Positions 8,641 through 17,520 of a DNA stretch of 32,000 nt are shown here, piece after piece. The DNA lies in the NCBI RefSeq assembly GCF_000092105.1, contig NC_014148.1, positions 300,001 to 332,000 on the forward strand, in the 5' to 3' direction. The notes beneath the pieces are model-generated. The model saw nothing but the letters and a program-made list of their open reading frames with translations. It searched no databases and was not told the DNA's origin. The translations under genes and the position numbers were made by a program. The stretch comes from Planctopirus limnophila DSM 3776. GTDB lineage: Bacteria > Planctomycetota > Planctomycetia > Planctomycetales > Planctomycetaceae. Each line of letters opens with the position of its first letter. The first letter of the stretch is position 1.

Positions 8641-8860
8641 GCTGTCAGACGTCGATCAGTCTGCATTCATGTAGATTGCTTAGCACTCAGCATACAACAC
8701 GCTCTACGTCGCATGATCTCATCTCAATCGCAATCTCCATCAGTATGTTGACACGCTTGTTCGAGAATTGCCGAGCTTGCCAAAGCGTGAAGTCAAGAAC
8801 GATCCGGGCATGATGACCACGCCCGGACCGTTGTGACTTGAGCCAATAGGAGAGGCTGGC

Positions 8861-11722
8861 TTACTCCTTGGCCAGATCTCCCGCGATCACAGTGAGGATC
8901 TGGTTGGGATGGATGTGCCTGCGGACGGCTTCCAGAACCTTTTCCGTCGTCAGGTCGCCAATTGCTGTTTCAAGTTTGGCGACATACTGCATGGTGCGGC
9001 CAGCGTAAAGGTTTTCTTCGAGCAGCCGGGCGATCTTGGGGTCTTCTGTACGACCAACCTGCTGGGCTTGCAGATAGCCCTGCTTGGCGGCGTCCAGTTC
9101 CTGCTGCGTGACCCCTTCCTTCAGCAGTCGGGCGAGTTCTTCGTTGACCGCAGCATTCACCTTTTCCATGTTCGCCGGATTGGCAATGGCATAGAGGGAA
9201 AGCGTGGCCCGCTGGTCGAGCATGGCTGCCCGGAAGGCGGAGCCCACCCCATACGAGAGACCTTCCTTTTGACGAATGCGGTCACCCAGCCGCGAGGAAA
9301 GTGCGCCAGCTCCGAGCACATAATTGCCCACAATCATGGCTGGGTAATCGGGGTGATCGTCACTCATCGGCATGACGGCACCACCAAAGTAGAAGGCATT
9401 GGCTTTATCGGGAATCTGAATCCGCTTCACTTCGGCTGTGATCGGAACAGACCCGGTGCGGCTAATGCGTTCGTACGTCTGATCGGACTTCCAATCGGCC
9501 AGTACTCCCTTGAGAGTTGACTCGACTTCGGCTGGATCGAAGTCGCCCACAATCGCAATCTGGCCGACTTGAGCACTCAGAAAATCGTTGTAGAGCAGCT
9601 TGAGGCCTTCCACTTCAATTGCTTCGACGAGTTTGAGTTCTTCTTCCACGGTAGGAACTGAGCGAACATCGCCAGCAGGGTAAGGCGAAAGAGCCTTTGA
9701 GACCGTTTTGACAGCCAGTGTCTGAGGATCTGTCAGACCCTGTTCGAGATTGGCTCTGACCTGCTGCTTGATGACAGCCAGTTCACTTTCCGGGAACGCA
9801 GGCTCTCGTAGAACCTGCTTCAATAAGCCCAGGACTGCCACCAGATTCTGGCGTTTGGTCTCAAGGACAAACGTCGCTTCGCCCGCATTGCCACCAGCAC
9901 TGAGTGAAGCAAAGTTCTTGTCGAGCGCATCCTGCAGTTGCTGCCGGGTGAGTGACTTGGTGCCGCGGAGCATCATCGGGGGCAAAAACTCGCAGGCCTT
10001 AGCGAGGCCAAAGAGTGATTTTTCGTTGCCATAGCGGAGGGTTAATCGCAAGACGACAGTTGAAGAACGGGTCTTTTTGGGGAGCATGGCAACCTGGACG
10101 CCATCAATCCTGGTGCGAAGGGTACGCTCTTCGATCGCCAGCGGGCTGACGTCGAACGCTTCGCCCACGGAGGTTTCTTCGCGGCCCTTGTAATCCCCAA
10201 TCATCTTGGCGAGTTCGGGAGTCGCAGGAACCGAAGTGCGTTCGGGCTTTTCGGTGGGAATATACAGGCCCACAGTTCGATTGGATGGCTGGAGATACGC
10301 CTTGGCCACGCGGTTGACGTCTTCGACAGTGACGGCTTCGAGGCGATCACGATAGAGGAAGTACAATCGCCAATCCCCCTGGGCGGCCCACTCACTCAGT
10401 TCGATGGCAATCTCGGCAGAGTCTGAAGCTCCCATTTCCCGCTGCTTGAGCAGACGCAAGCGAGCGCGTTCGAGCTCTTCCTGAGTGACGCCTTTTGATG
10501 CGGTCTCATTGAGGACATCGAGCATGGAATCGAGGACGACCTGTGGATCGTTACCAGCGGCGACTTCGGCCATAAATCGAAGCACACCGGGATCATGCAG
10601 GGCATAGGCGGCACCGGAAACACTGGCGGCTTTCTTGCCTTGAACCAGAGCTTTGTACAATCGACCCGAGGGCTGCATGGTAAGGATCGATTCGAGAACG
10701 TCGATGGCCACGAAATCCGGGTGAGCCCCGGAAGGAATGTGATAAACCGCACCGACGACAGCGACATCTCCCACCCGGCGGAGAACGACCTGACGCTCAC
10801 CATCTTGAGCAGGTTCTTCGGTGTAAGTGTTATCGAGCACGCGCGTGGGCCGAGGAAGCTTGCCGAATGTTTCGCCGATAATCCGCAAGGCTTCTTTGGG
10901 TTCAAAGCGGCCCGCGACGACGAGCATGGCGTTATCAGGCTGATAGTACTTGCGATAGAACGATTTCAAACGTTCAACCGGGACTCGTTCAATATCGGCC
11001 CGGTTACCAATGGTTGATTTGCCGTAGTTGTGCCATTCGAAGGCCGCAGCCATCATGCGTTGACCAAGGATGGAAGCAGGGCTGTTTTCACCACGTTCGA
11101 ATTCGTTACGCACGACCGTCATTTCGGAAGTGAGGTCTTCTCCTTTGACATGGCTGTTCATCATGCGATCGGCTTCGAGGCGAATGGCAAACTCGAGGTT
11201 GTCGCCTTGGGCCGGGAGCGTTTCAAAGTAGTTGGTGCGGTCGAGCCAGGTCGTGCCATTGAAGTCGGCACCGCGTTCCTGCAGGGCTTTGGGGACACTG
11301 GGAACATCTGGTGTCCCCTTGAAGAGCATGTGTTCGAGGAGGTGAGCCATGCCGGCTTCGCCATAACCTTCATGACGCGACCCGACGAAGACCGTCAGGT
11401 TGACTGTCACAGTGGGTTTGGAAGGATCTGGAAACAGGAGCACGCGCAGGCCGTTTTCGAGTTTGTATTCGCTGATCCCTTCGATCTCAGTAACTTTCAT
11501 GGGCATTTCGGCTTTTGAACTGGAGGAACAGAAGATGATCTGGCTGACAATGACCATCGCCAGCAGGGAGAGGCGGGCAGCACCAGATAAAACAGATTGT
11601 CGAGAGGTCAGACCCTTCCGGGTTAAAAACATCCGGGTCGATAACACCGGGGCCAGAACAGCCTGTGCTGTCACTTGATTCAAGAGACGCATCGTCCTGC
11701 GGATCATCCGGTTCCACTCCAT
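8861..11722 (-). CDS. M16 (pitrilysin/insulinase) family zinc metallopeptidase, double-module with signal/anchor
   Basis: 953 aa. Inverted zinc motif HLLEHMLFKG (HxxEH) with a downstream glutamate region (RNEFERGEN). A second, inactive M16-like half follows. The N-terminal hydrophobic segment is LSLLAMVIVSQIIFCSSSS. The true start may be an internal Met. Confidence 0.9.
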   Translation of the reverse strand: MEWNRMIRRTMRLLNQVTAQAVLAPVLSTRMFLTRKGLTSRQSVLSGAARLSLLAMVIVSQIIFCSSSSKAEMPMKVTEIEGISEYKLENGLRVLLFPDPSKPTVTVNLTVFVGSRHEGYGEAGMAHLLEHMLFKGTPDVPSVPKALQERGADFNGTTWLDRTNYFETLPAQGDNLEFAIRLEADRMMNSHVKGEDLTSEMTVVRNEFERGENSPASILGQRMMAAAFEWHNYGKSTIGNRADIERVPVERLKSFYRKYYQPDNAMLVVAGRFEPKEALRIIGETFGKLPRPTRVLDNTYTEEPAQDGERQVVLRRVGDVAVVGAVYHIPSGAHPDFVAIDVLESILTMQPSGRLYKALVQGKKAASVSGAAYALHDPGVLRFMAEVAAGNDPQVVLDSMLDVLNETASKGVTQEELERARLRLLKQREMGASDSAEIAIELSEWAAQGDWRLYFLYRDRLEAVTVEDVNRVAKAYLQPSNRTVGLYIPTEKPERTSVPATPELAKMIGDYKGREETSVGEAFDVSPLAIEERTLRTRIDGVQVAMLPKKTRSSTVVLRLTLRYGNEKSLFGLAKACEFLPPMMLRGTKSLTRQQLQDALDKNFASLSAGGNAGEATFVLETKRQNLVAVLGLLKQVLREPAFPESELAVIKQQVRANLEQGLTDPQTLAVKTVSKALSPYPAGDVRSVPTVEEELKLVEAIEVEGLKLLYNDFLSAQVGQIAIVGDFDPAEVESTLKGVLADWKSDQTYERISRTGSVPITAEVKRIQIPDKANAFYFGGAVMPMSDDHPDYPAMIVGNYVLGAGALSSRLGDRIRQKEGLSYGVGSAFRAAMLDQRATLSLYAIANPANMEKVNAAVNEELARLLKEGVTQQELDAAKQGYLQAQQVGRTEDPKIARLLEENLYAGRTMQYVAKLETAIGDLTTEKVLEAVRRHIHPNQILTVIAGDLAKE

Positions 11723-11932
11723 TTGTTAGAATTGTGTTTATCGCAGGGAAGCCGGCCTGAGCAGTTCAACTCGTGAGTGATTGGCCGGGCCAGTTCAGAG
11801 ATTGCTCATCCAGTGAACATCCCTCAGCACTTTATGATCCTAACACTCCAACCGAGCTTCGCCAACGAATCCTGATAAATGTGACAATGTCAATATAATG
11901 ATTCCTGTGGCAATCCCGAGTGTCGCTGAACC

Positions 11933-13867
11933 CTATTTCCCATCATGAGCGGGATTCATATCCGGTTGGCGAAGTTGCTGGAGCGAGCGTTCTTTGGGGT
12001 CGGCCAGCCAGAAGCTGCGGCCCGGGAACGCTGCGGCCAGTTCATCCAGGGCGGCTTTATTTTGCGGATCGAGGATTTCTGGCCGATAACGAGCTCGAAT
12101 CACTTTCGCCTGCCAGCCAGGTTCGTTGGTGACATGATCAATGGCAATCTCTCCCGCATCCTGCTTGATCAGCACCAGGACTGGTTCATCGGGTAATGCG
12201 CGAGTGAGCCAGTCATCGAATTGCTGGTAGACTCGCACTTTGGGATACTCAATCGAACCATAAGCCAAGGCCCGTCGGCTGTCCCAAAGACCGGGAATGG
12301 AAGCGTTTGCGCCCAGCCCGGCCATAATGCACATGACCAGCAGCCAATGGATGGCGACGGGACGTTGTTCCTTCGCCCAGCGATCTGCCAGTGAGATGGC
12401 CATCTGTGCCATGGCTAATGCGATAAGCGGTGCCGATTCGAAGACATAATGCCACCCCATGATGCCCGGGTACCAGTAAGGAAAATGCACGAGGTGAATG
12501 GTGAGGATGCCCGCCATCAGCCAGCGCCAGCGCGAATCCGGAGGTGACCAGAACCAGTAGAGCAGACAGGCGGCCCAGGCGAAGAGGGGGTCGAAAGTCC
12601 AGAGCAGGCTCCCGAAGAATCTTGTGGTGAGATTCTGCAGGGCCAATGGCCACGTGAGGTTATCGGCCCATTGATCGTAGGCCTTCCAGATCTTGGGACT
12701 GTTCGATTGATCGCCGCGAATTCCGTTGTTGAAACCATAGACATGCCGCGGCGTGTAGGTGGCTGTGTAGAGCTGATATGGGGATTGCCAGGCGGAGCCC
12801 GTGGTAGCGTGATTGTAGGACAGCATGATGCCCCAGCCTGCCACGATGGGAATCAACATGGCCAGAAGAGAACTGGCTTTACGAGTCAGTGTTGATGAGG
12901 GCGAATTCTCGGTGGAGCGACGGAAGAGCCAGGCCAGTACGGGAATGGCAAATGGCAAGCCCATGGCAAAAGCCGTGGCCGGTCGGCAAAGCATGGTAAA
13001 AGAGAGGCCCGTTATTGCGAGCAGGGAATCGAGAGGCTGGTGAGTGCGGAGCCAGCGTAACATCATGAGCCAGAACAGAGCCAGACCTGCCAGTGTGGGA
13101 TGATGGGAGAGCAAGAGGTTGCCAAAAGTGGCCAGTCCCGGCGAAAGTGCCAGCATCAGCGCGGCGAGAAAACCCGTCCGGGGTGCCCCAAGTTCGCGTC
13201 CGATCAGGTTGGTTGCCAGCACGAGCCAGACTTGAGCCAGCCAATGCCCCAGTATCGGAATACCGACCATCACCCAGGGCCATATCCATAAGCTTGTGCC
13301 CGGATAATACCGGCTCGCCATCCGGCCATCGGGAGGTGTCCCTTCGTTGAGGACATGGACCTGATCAAACAGTGCCGGGAATGCAGGTGGCCCTGGTGCT
13401 GTCCAATGCCCGCCAGCAATGGTTTGGGCACCGAAGAGATAGCTGTATTCGTCGTGATAGCACGGTGGTGTTCCCAGGAGCTGCGTTCCGAAACTGCCAA
13501 TCATGGCGAGAGCGATGAGAGCGAGAATGGTCTGGCTGAACCACAGGGGGTAGACCCTTTCGAGAGGAGTCCATTTGGCGAACATCGACGGAGTGGAAGC
13601 AGGCGAAAGTGGGCTGTTGGTCTGGGAGCCTTTGACATTCAGGACGAAAGGCAGAATGAGCAACAGGCCCGCTTGCAGCAGTGCCAGATTGGGTTGCCAG
13701 GTATCGACGAGAAAATCGAGTCCAGCAGCAATTGAAGCCAGCAGGCACATCAGCCATGCCATCATGAGACCGACCCGCTCCCGAAGATCGACTTCTGGCA
13801 GATTTTGCCCACTCTGGGCTTTGACTGTCGATTTCTGGCGTCGCTGCGAATGAGATTCGATCGTCAT
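11933..13867 (-). CDS. Polytopic membrane protein, probably a GT-C fold glycosyltransferase (ArnT/PMT-like)
   Basis: 644 aa with more than 10 hydrophobic segments. It has a DE-x-x-Y type first-loop motif (CYHDEYSYLFGAQ), as in PMT_2/ArnT-family enzymes, and a C-terminal soluble domain. The assignment rests on motif recall only. Confidence 0.6.
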   Translation of the reverse strand: MTIESHSQRRQKSTVKAQSGQNLPEVDLRERVGLMMAWLMCLLASIAAGLDFLVDTWQPNLALLQAGLLLILPFVLNVKGSQTNSPLSPASTPSMFAKWTPLERVYPLWFSQTILALIALAMIGSFGTQLLGTPPCYHDEYSYLFGAQTIAGGHWTAPGPPAFPALFDQVHVLNEGTPPDGRMASRYYPGTSLWIWPWVMVGIPILGHWLAQVWLVLATNLIGRELGAPRTGFLAALMLALSPGLATFGNLLLSHHPTLAGLALFWLMMLRWLRTHQPLDSLLAITGLSFTMLCRPATAFAMGLPFAIPVLAWLFRRSTENSPSSTLTRKASSLLAMLIPIVAGWGIMLSYNHATTGSAWQSPYQLYTATYTPRHVYGFNNGIRGDQSNSPKIWKAYDQWADNLTWPLALQNLTTRFFGSLLWTFDPLFAWAACLLYWFWSPPDSRWRWLMAGILTIHLVHFPYWYPGIMGWHYVFESAPLIALAMAQMAISLADRWAKEQRPVAIHWLLVMCIMAGLGANASIPGLWDSRRALAYGSIEYPKVRVYQQFDDWLTRALPDEPVLVLIKQDAGEIAIDHVTNEPGWQAKVIRARYRPEILDPQNKAALDELAAAFPGRSFWLADPKERSLQQLRQPDMNPAHDGK

Positions 13868-14406
13868 GCGTAAGGTTGCTTCGCTGGTAGGGTATTTCTG
13901 ATGAGAGCCCTGCTCAATCGGATGCGTTGAGTATCTGTGATTTTGGAGCTGTGAATCGAATAATCATAACAGGATGGGCGGAGCGATCGGATCATCCCCC
14001 AGGCAGATTGCATGGGGAATTTGCAGAATGGAACCGATCGGTTGCTGGGAAGAAACGATTTGGCGGTAGTGGCTCGCGTTTTTGTTGATCAGGCAAACGG
14101 GGCAGCAGGTCTCTCCAGTTGCAGCAGGAGCAGCGAATTGACAGTATCTTGTGTGAACCTATACTTCAGCTTAAGGGTCGTTTCGTGACGCGAAGTGACC
14201 ATCAGGCGGGAGAGATACTGATTCACCAGTTTGAAGTTCATGCCGAAGGTGATTGCCCACAACTGAGTAAAAGTTTTTGGCGTCACCTGAGTGATAAAGT
14301 TTTGATCGAAACAACAGGGGCTGGGTGGCCCTTTTTATGAATCAATTCCGTTGAGTGTAAATGTTGGCAGGAAGTGACCGGCCGACAAGTTGAAAGGAAG
14401 ATGCAC

Positions 14407-14736
14407 ATGGCTGGCGATCACGTTCTCGAAATTACCGATGCAAACTTTCAGTCCGAAGTTCTCGACAGCAGCACGCTGACTCTGGTCGACTTCTGGGCTC
14501 CGTGGTGCGGTCCTTGCCGCATGCTGGCACCAACCATTGATGAACTGGCCACGGAATACGCTGGCAAAGTCAAAATCGGCAAGCTGAACACCGATGAAAA
14601 CCCCCGCATTCCTTCGATGCACGGCATCAGCTCGATTCCGACCGTGCTGATGTTCAAAGGTGGGATTATTGTCGATAAGTTCGTGGGTGTCGTTCCGAAG
14701 GCCAAGCTGGCGGGATCGATCTCAACCAACATGTAG
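14407..14736 (+). CDS. trxA: Thioredoxin
   Basis: Contains the WCGPC active site (DFWAPWCGPCRMLAP) and the cis-Pro region GISSIPTVLMFKGG. The track ORF starts at GTG 14374. AAGGAAG lies 6 nt before ATG 14407, which gives a canonical 109-aa protein. Confidence 0.95.
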   Translation: MAGDHVLEITDANFQSEVLDSSTLTLVDFWAPWCGPCRMLAPTIDELATEYAGKVKIGKLNTDENPRIPSMHGISSIPTVLMFKGGIIVDKFVGVVPKAKLAGSISTNM

Positions 14737-14769
14737 TTGACTGCTCGGTATTGACTGAAAGATCCATAG

Positions 14770-14810
14770 ACGACCCGTGCCAGCTATTGGCCGGGTCGTT
14801 CTTGCATTTG
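14770..14810 (+). terminator. Candidate intrinsic terminator downstream of trxA
   Basis: The hairpin ACGACCCG(t)GCCA-gctat-TGGC CGGGTCGT (14770-14799) is followed by TCTTGCATTTG. The T-tract is only moderate. Confidence 0.45.
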
Positions 14811-14838
14811 CAGGGACGCACTCGCTGAATCGTGGTGC

Positions 14839-14913
14839 CTGAGAGTTAATGCCCGTGCTTGGCCAGAGGCTTAGTGCCCATGTTTGGACCGCAGGTTAAT
14901 GACCATGCTTGGG
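14839..14913 (-). repeat. Tandem 25-bp repeat x3 covering the stop codon of the small membrane-protein gene and its 3' flank
   Basis: Minus-strand units are cccAAGCATGGTCATTAAcctgcgg, tccAAACATGGGCACTAAgcctctg and gccAAGCACGGGCATTAActctcag. The stops (plus-strand tta) are at 14896, 14871 and 14846, giving an exact period of 25. Confidence 0.9.
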
Positions 14914-15156
14914 AAGTGCCGCCGCATAGAGCATGGTGACACAGCCGACGGACATCAGCACGAACGCACTCCACTCGGGGGGATCAAAGACATCTTTGGT
15001 GCGTTCGTGGATGGTTTCTGGAGAGGTGAGCATGCCTCGAAAGCCTTTGGCCCGCTCTTCGTGCTCGCCGCTCATGACGAATTTATCGACAACGAGAAAC
15101 GAGTAGCCCGTCAGAGCCACAAAGGCGCCCAGCCCAAAGAAGGCGGCTCGCATCAT
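14896..15156 (-). CDS. Small two-helix membrane protein, unknown function (86 aa, ends ...LPKHGH)
   Basis: AAGGAG lies 10 nt upstream of ATG 15156 (MMRAAFFGLGAFVALTGYSFLVV...SAFVLMSVGCVTMLYAAALPKHGH). The longer track ORF extending to 15288 has no ribosome-binding support. Confidence 0.55.
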   Translation of the reverse strand: MMRAAFFGLGAFVALTGYSFLVVDKFVMSGEHEERAKGFRGMLTSPETIHERTKDVFDPPEWSAFVLMSVGCVTMLYAAALPKHGH

Positions 15157-15303
15157 AATTCGCCAGCTCCTTATCAGATCGTCGTGGTTCGTGCCCGACG
15201 CCAGAACCCACCACTCCTTAGCGCATTTCGGTCGTGAGCACCATCTGTGATCACTGCCACTATGCCTCATCAGCAATTTCGGCTGCACTGCGGAAGAGAA
15301 TAC

Positions 15304-16470
15304 TTAATCTGCCGATTGTGAGGCGATCTCGTCGGCATCCTCGGAATTGCCAGCAGAATCGGGAGACTCCGCTGCTTCCAGGGGCGACTTCTGAAACTCG
15401 TGCAGCAGAACCGTTAGATAGGCACCAGCAGGGAGTTCGACGGAAACGCGGAGGTCACCGCGAGGCGTTTCGTGATCTGAACTGTTGGCGGGCAACAATT
15501 CGCAGGTCAGGCCTGCAGGCAAGAATCGGAAGGGCCGCCGGGTTCCTTCCATCAGCGAGGAGAATTTCTGAAAGTGCTCGATCGTCAATACTAACTTCTG
15601 CAGGATCGCCAGTTCGCGAGCATGAACTTCGCCCCCAGGCGAACGCATGCGCACACCAAAAATGGGTCCGGTGGTGGAGATTTCCCACGAGTCGAAGCGC
15701 GGCTGATCAGCAGCGGCATCTGTGACCAGAAACTTCGCACCAGCGGGGAGAATTTCCATCAGGTCGCCGCAGAGAACTGTCGAGAAAAGCCCGTCCCGCA
15801 GTCGCTGAGCCAGCACCTCGTTAAACAGCCCGGATTGGACAGCAGAGAGAGCGAGTCGGAGCAGAAACTTTCGCCTGGGGGCGGGAATATCTTGTGGCGA
15901 GATCTGGCCCAGCAGCAGTTGCCAGCCCAGCTTCCACGTCGAGTGCTGGTGCCCAAATCGCTGCATGCCGAAGTAATTTGGGCAGCCTTGAGCCTGCAGT
16001 TGCCGGGTAATGGCATCGATTTTGGAAAGATCGGGTTCAACGCCCCTCAAAATAGCGACAAAACGATTCCCTTTTAAGTGGCCCGTCTTGAGCTTGTTGC
16101 GATGTCGTCTGGCTTCGAGCACCTGTAAATCATCGCTCTCAACAGCTGGTACCAGCTTTTCAGCCCGGGTGGGGACAGAAACCCATTGCCTGGTAATGGC
16201 CTGCCTGTCTTTCAACCCCGCCATGCCAATTTCTGAGCGGGGAACGGCGAGCTGTTTCGAGAGCTGTGCCACTAGCATTTCACTCGAAAGATTTCGCTTC
16301 TCGATCCAGAGAAACAGATGCTCACCTTCTCCGCAGGGAAGGTAAGCCGGGATTTCTTCGACAAGAAAATCTTCGGGGGATTGTTTCCAGACACCGCCCA
16401 CCCCTGCCGTTTGACTGGTCAGCTCCGGCCAGGCAGAGGGAGCAAGCAGTGGGACTGGCTGTTCGGTCAT
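15304..16470 (-). CDS. truD: tRNA pseudouridine(13) synthase TruD
   Basis: PEDFLVEEIPAY..GEGEHLFLWIEKRN, catalytic GLKDRQAITRQW (GxKD), RHRNKLKTGHLKGNRF and CPNYFGMQRFG all match my recollection of E. coli TruD. Met54 of the track ORF (MTEQPVPLL, ATG 16470) is the likelier start. Confidence 0.9.
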   Translation of the reverse strand: MTEQPVPLLAPSAWPELTSQTAGVGGVWKQSPEDFLVEEIPAYLPCGEGEHLFLWIEKRNLSSEMLVAQLSKQLAVPRSEIGMAGLKDRQAITRQWVSVPTRAEKLVPAVESDDLQVLEARRHRNKLKTGHLKGNRFVAILRGVEPDLSKIDAITRQLQAQGCPNYFGMQRFGHQHSTWKLGWQLLLGQISPQDIPAPRRKFLLRLALSAVQSGLFNEVLAQRLRDGLFSTVLCGDLMEILPAGAKFLVTDAAADQPRFDSWEISTTGPIFGVRMRSPGGEVHARELAILQKLVLTIEHFQKFSSLMEGTRRPFRFLPAGLTCELLPANSSDHETPRGDLRVSVELPAGAYLTVLLHEFQKSPLEAAESPDSAGNSEDADEIASQSAD

Positions 16471-16689
16471 GGGAACGCTTTTCGAGGACGATTGCCACAG
16501 ATTCGCTGAGAGATGCCATCCTGATGCTCCCCTCGCTTCGATTCGAGACAAACTCCGATTACAATACGAGGTTTCCAGAAATCTCGCAGCCCTCAAAGAC
16601 AATGCCAATATGATCGAGAGACCGAACAAGGGTCTTTGGCATTGAGACCAATAAGACTGTACAGCAGACCTTCAGCGGATATGCGGAAC

Positions 16690-17280
16690 ATGGCTTTGGA
16701 AATTGTGAAGTATGGACATCCGGCTCTCCGGCATAAGTCCACCCCTGTGACCGAAATCAACAGCGAACTTCGCAAAGCGATTGCCGAAATGTTTGAACTG
16801 ATGTATGCAGCCAAAGGGATTGGCCTGGCCTCGAATCAGGTGGCCATTCCAAGGCAGTTTTTCATTTTGAACCTCACCGGTGATGCCGCTGAAAAAGACG
16901 AGGAAGTGGTCTTTATCAATCCGGTCATTCTCAATCGCAAAAGCTCATGCGAAGGTGAAGAGGGCTGCTTGAGTTTTCCAGGGTTATATGGCCCGGTGAA
17001 ACGTGCTGGTGAGGTGCTTATCGAAGCGTTCGATCTGGATGGGAACTGCTTTGAGATGACACTTTCTGCGAAGGAAGACGATCTGGCGGTGCGAGCTGTC
17101 CAGCATGAATCCGATCATCTCGATGGCATGCTGTTCATCGACCGCATGACAGATCGCGCGCGAAAAGAGCGTCAGGTCGAGATCGATCAGTTCGAGCAGG
17201 ATTTTCTGGCGCGACAGGCGGCTGGCGAAATCGAATCGATGGACGTGCTCAAAAGAAAGCTGGCAACATGGCCCAATTGA
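16690..17280 (+). CDS. def: Peptide deformylase
   Basis: The three PDF motifs are present: GIGLASNQV, EGCLSFPG and QHESDHLDG. The start is taken at MALEIVKYGHPALR (ATG 16690). The track ORF begins at 16636. Confidence 0.95.
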   Translation: MALEIVKYGHPALRHKSTPVTEINSELRKAIAEMFELMYAAKGIGLASNQVAIPRQFFILNLTGDAAEKDEEVVFINPVILNRKSSCEGEEGCLSFPGLYGPVKRAGEVLIEAFDLDGNCFEMTLSAKEDDLAVRAVQHESDHLDGMLFIDRMTDRARKERQVEIDQFEQDFLARQAAGEIESMDVLKRKLATWPN

Positions 17281-17504
17281 ACGCTCAACAGTCGCCAGGA
17301 GAGATTGTTGTCACAATCAACTCGCAGGAACGTTCGCTGCCAGCGGAAATGAACCTGACACAGCTCATTGAAGTGCTCAAGCTGGAGCCTCGCTATCTGG
17401 CCATTGAACTCAACGGGCAAGTCATTTCCCGGAAACTGCACGCCACCACGAGGCTCACCGAGGGCGATGTTCTCGAAGTGGTCACACTGGTCGGTGGGGG
17501 TTGA
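17268..17504 (+). CDS. thiS: ThiS/MoaD-family sulfur-carrier (ubiquitin-like) protein
   Basis: 78 aa. VTINSQERSLPAEMNLTQLIEVL...AIELNGQVISRK...LTEGDVLEVVTLVGGG with a C-terminal Gly-Gly. It overlaps the def stop by 13 nt. Confidence 0.8.
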   Translation: MAQLNAQQSPGEIVVTINSQERSLPAEMNLTQLIEVLKLEPRYLAIELNGQVISRKLHATTRLTEGDVLEVVTLVGGG

Positions 17505-17520
17505 AAGTTTTCGCCACGAA

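Noticed and set aside
8804-8826. Hairpin CCGGGC-N11-GCCCGG between the convergent TPR and M16 genes
   Set aside because: It has a short stem, a large loop and no T-tract on either strand, so I do not call it a terminator.
8909-11518. Several 140-200-aa plus-strand and off-frame minus-strand ORFs inside the M16 peptidase gene (8909-9520, 10396-10905, 10595-11017, 11030-11518)
   Set aside because: All overlap a 953-aa gene with clear motifs and none has features of its own. The same reasoning applies to the off-frame ORFs in 4527-5702, 12249-13757, 15234-16613, 19301-20426, 23099-25116 and 27666-28695.
11882-11899. TATAAT hexamer (11894-11899) and the TGACAATGTCA palindrome upstream of the M16 peptidase gene
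   Set aside because: The TATAAT is on the plus strand, pointing antisense into the glycosyltransferase gene. On the minus strand a TTGACA is present but no acceptable -10 sits at 16-18 nt. This is not enough to call a promoter.
14018-14043. Possible sigma-54-type promoter (TGGAAC...TTGCT) and the 12-bp palindrome AACCGATCGGTT (14032-14043) in the long 13868-14406 spacer
   Set aside because: The GG-to-GC spacing is 14 rather than the 12 of the consensus TGGCAC-N5-TTGC. A 12-bp palindrome alone is weak evidence. The two ~65-73-aa ORFs in this spacer (14089-14286 minus, 14119-14340 plus) overlap each other and show no motif.
16471-16629. N-terminal extensions of the track ORFs for truD (to 16629), the ClpP-like gene (to 18483), trxA (from 14374), def (from 16636), the small membrane protein (to 15288) and cassette gene C (to 21157)
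   Set aside because: In each case the extension lacks homology to the family N-terminus. An internal Met with a Shine-Dalgarno-like motif gives a canonical-length protein.
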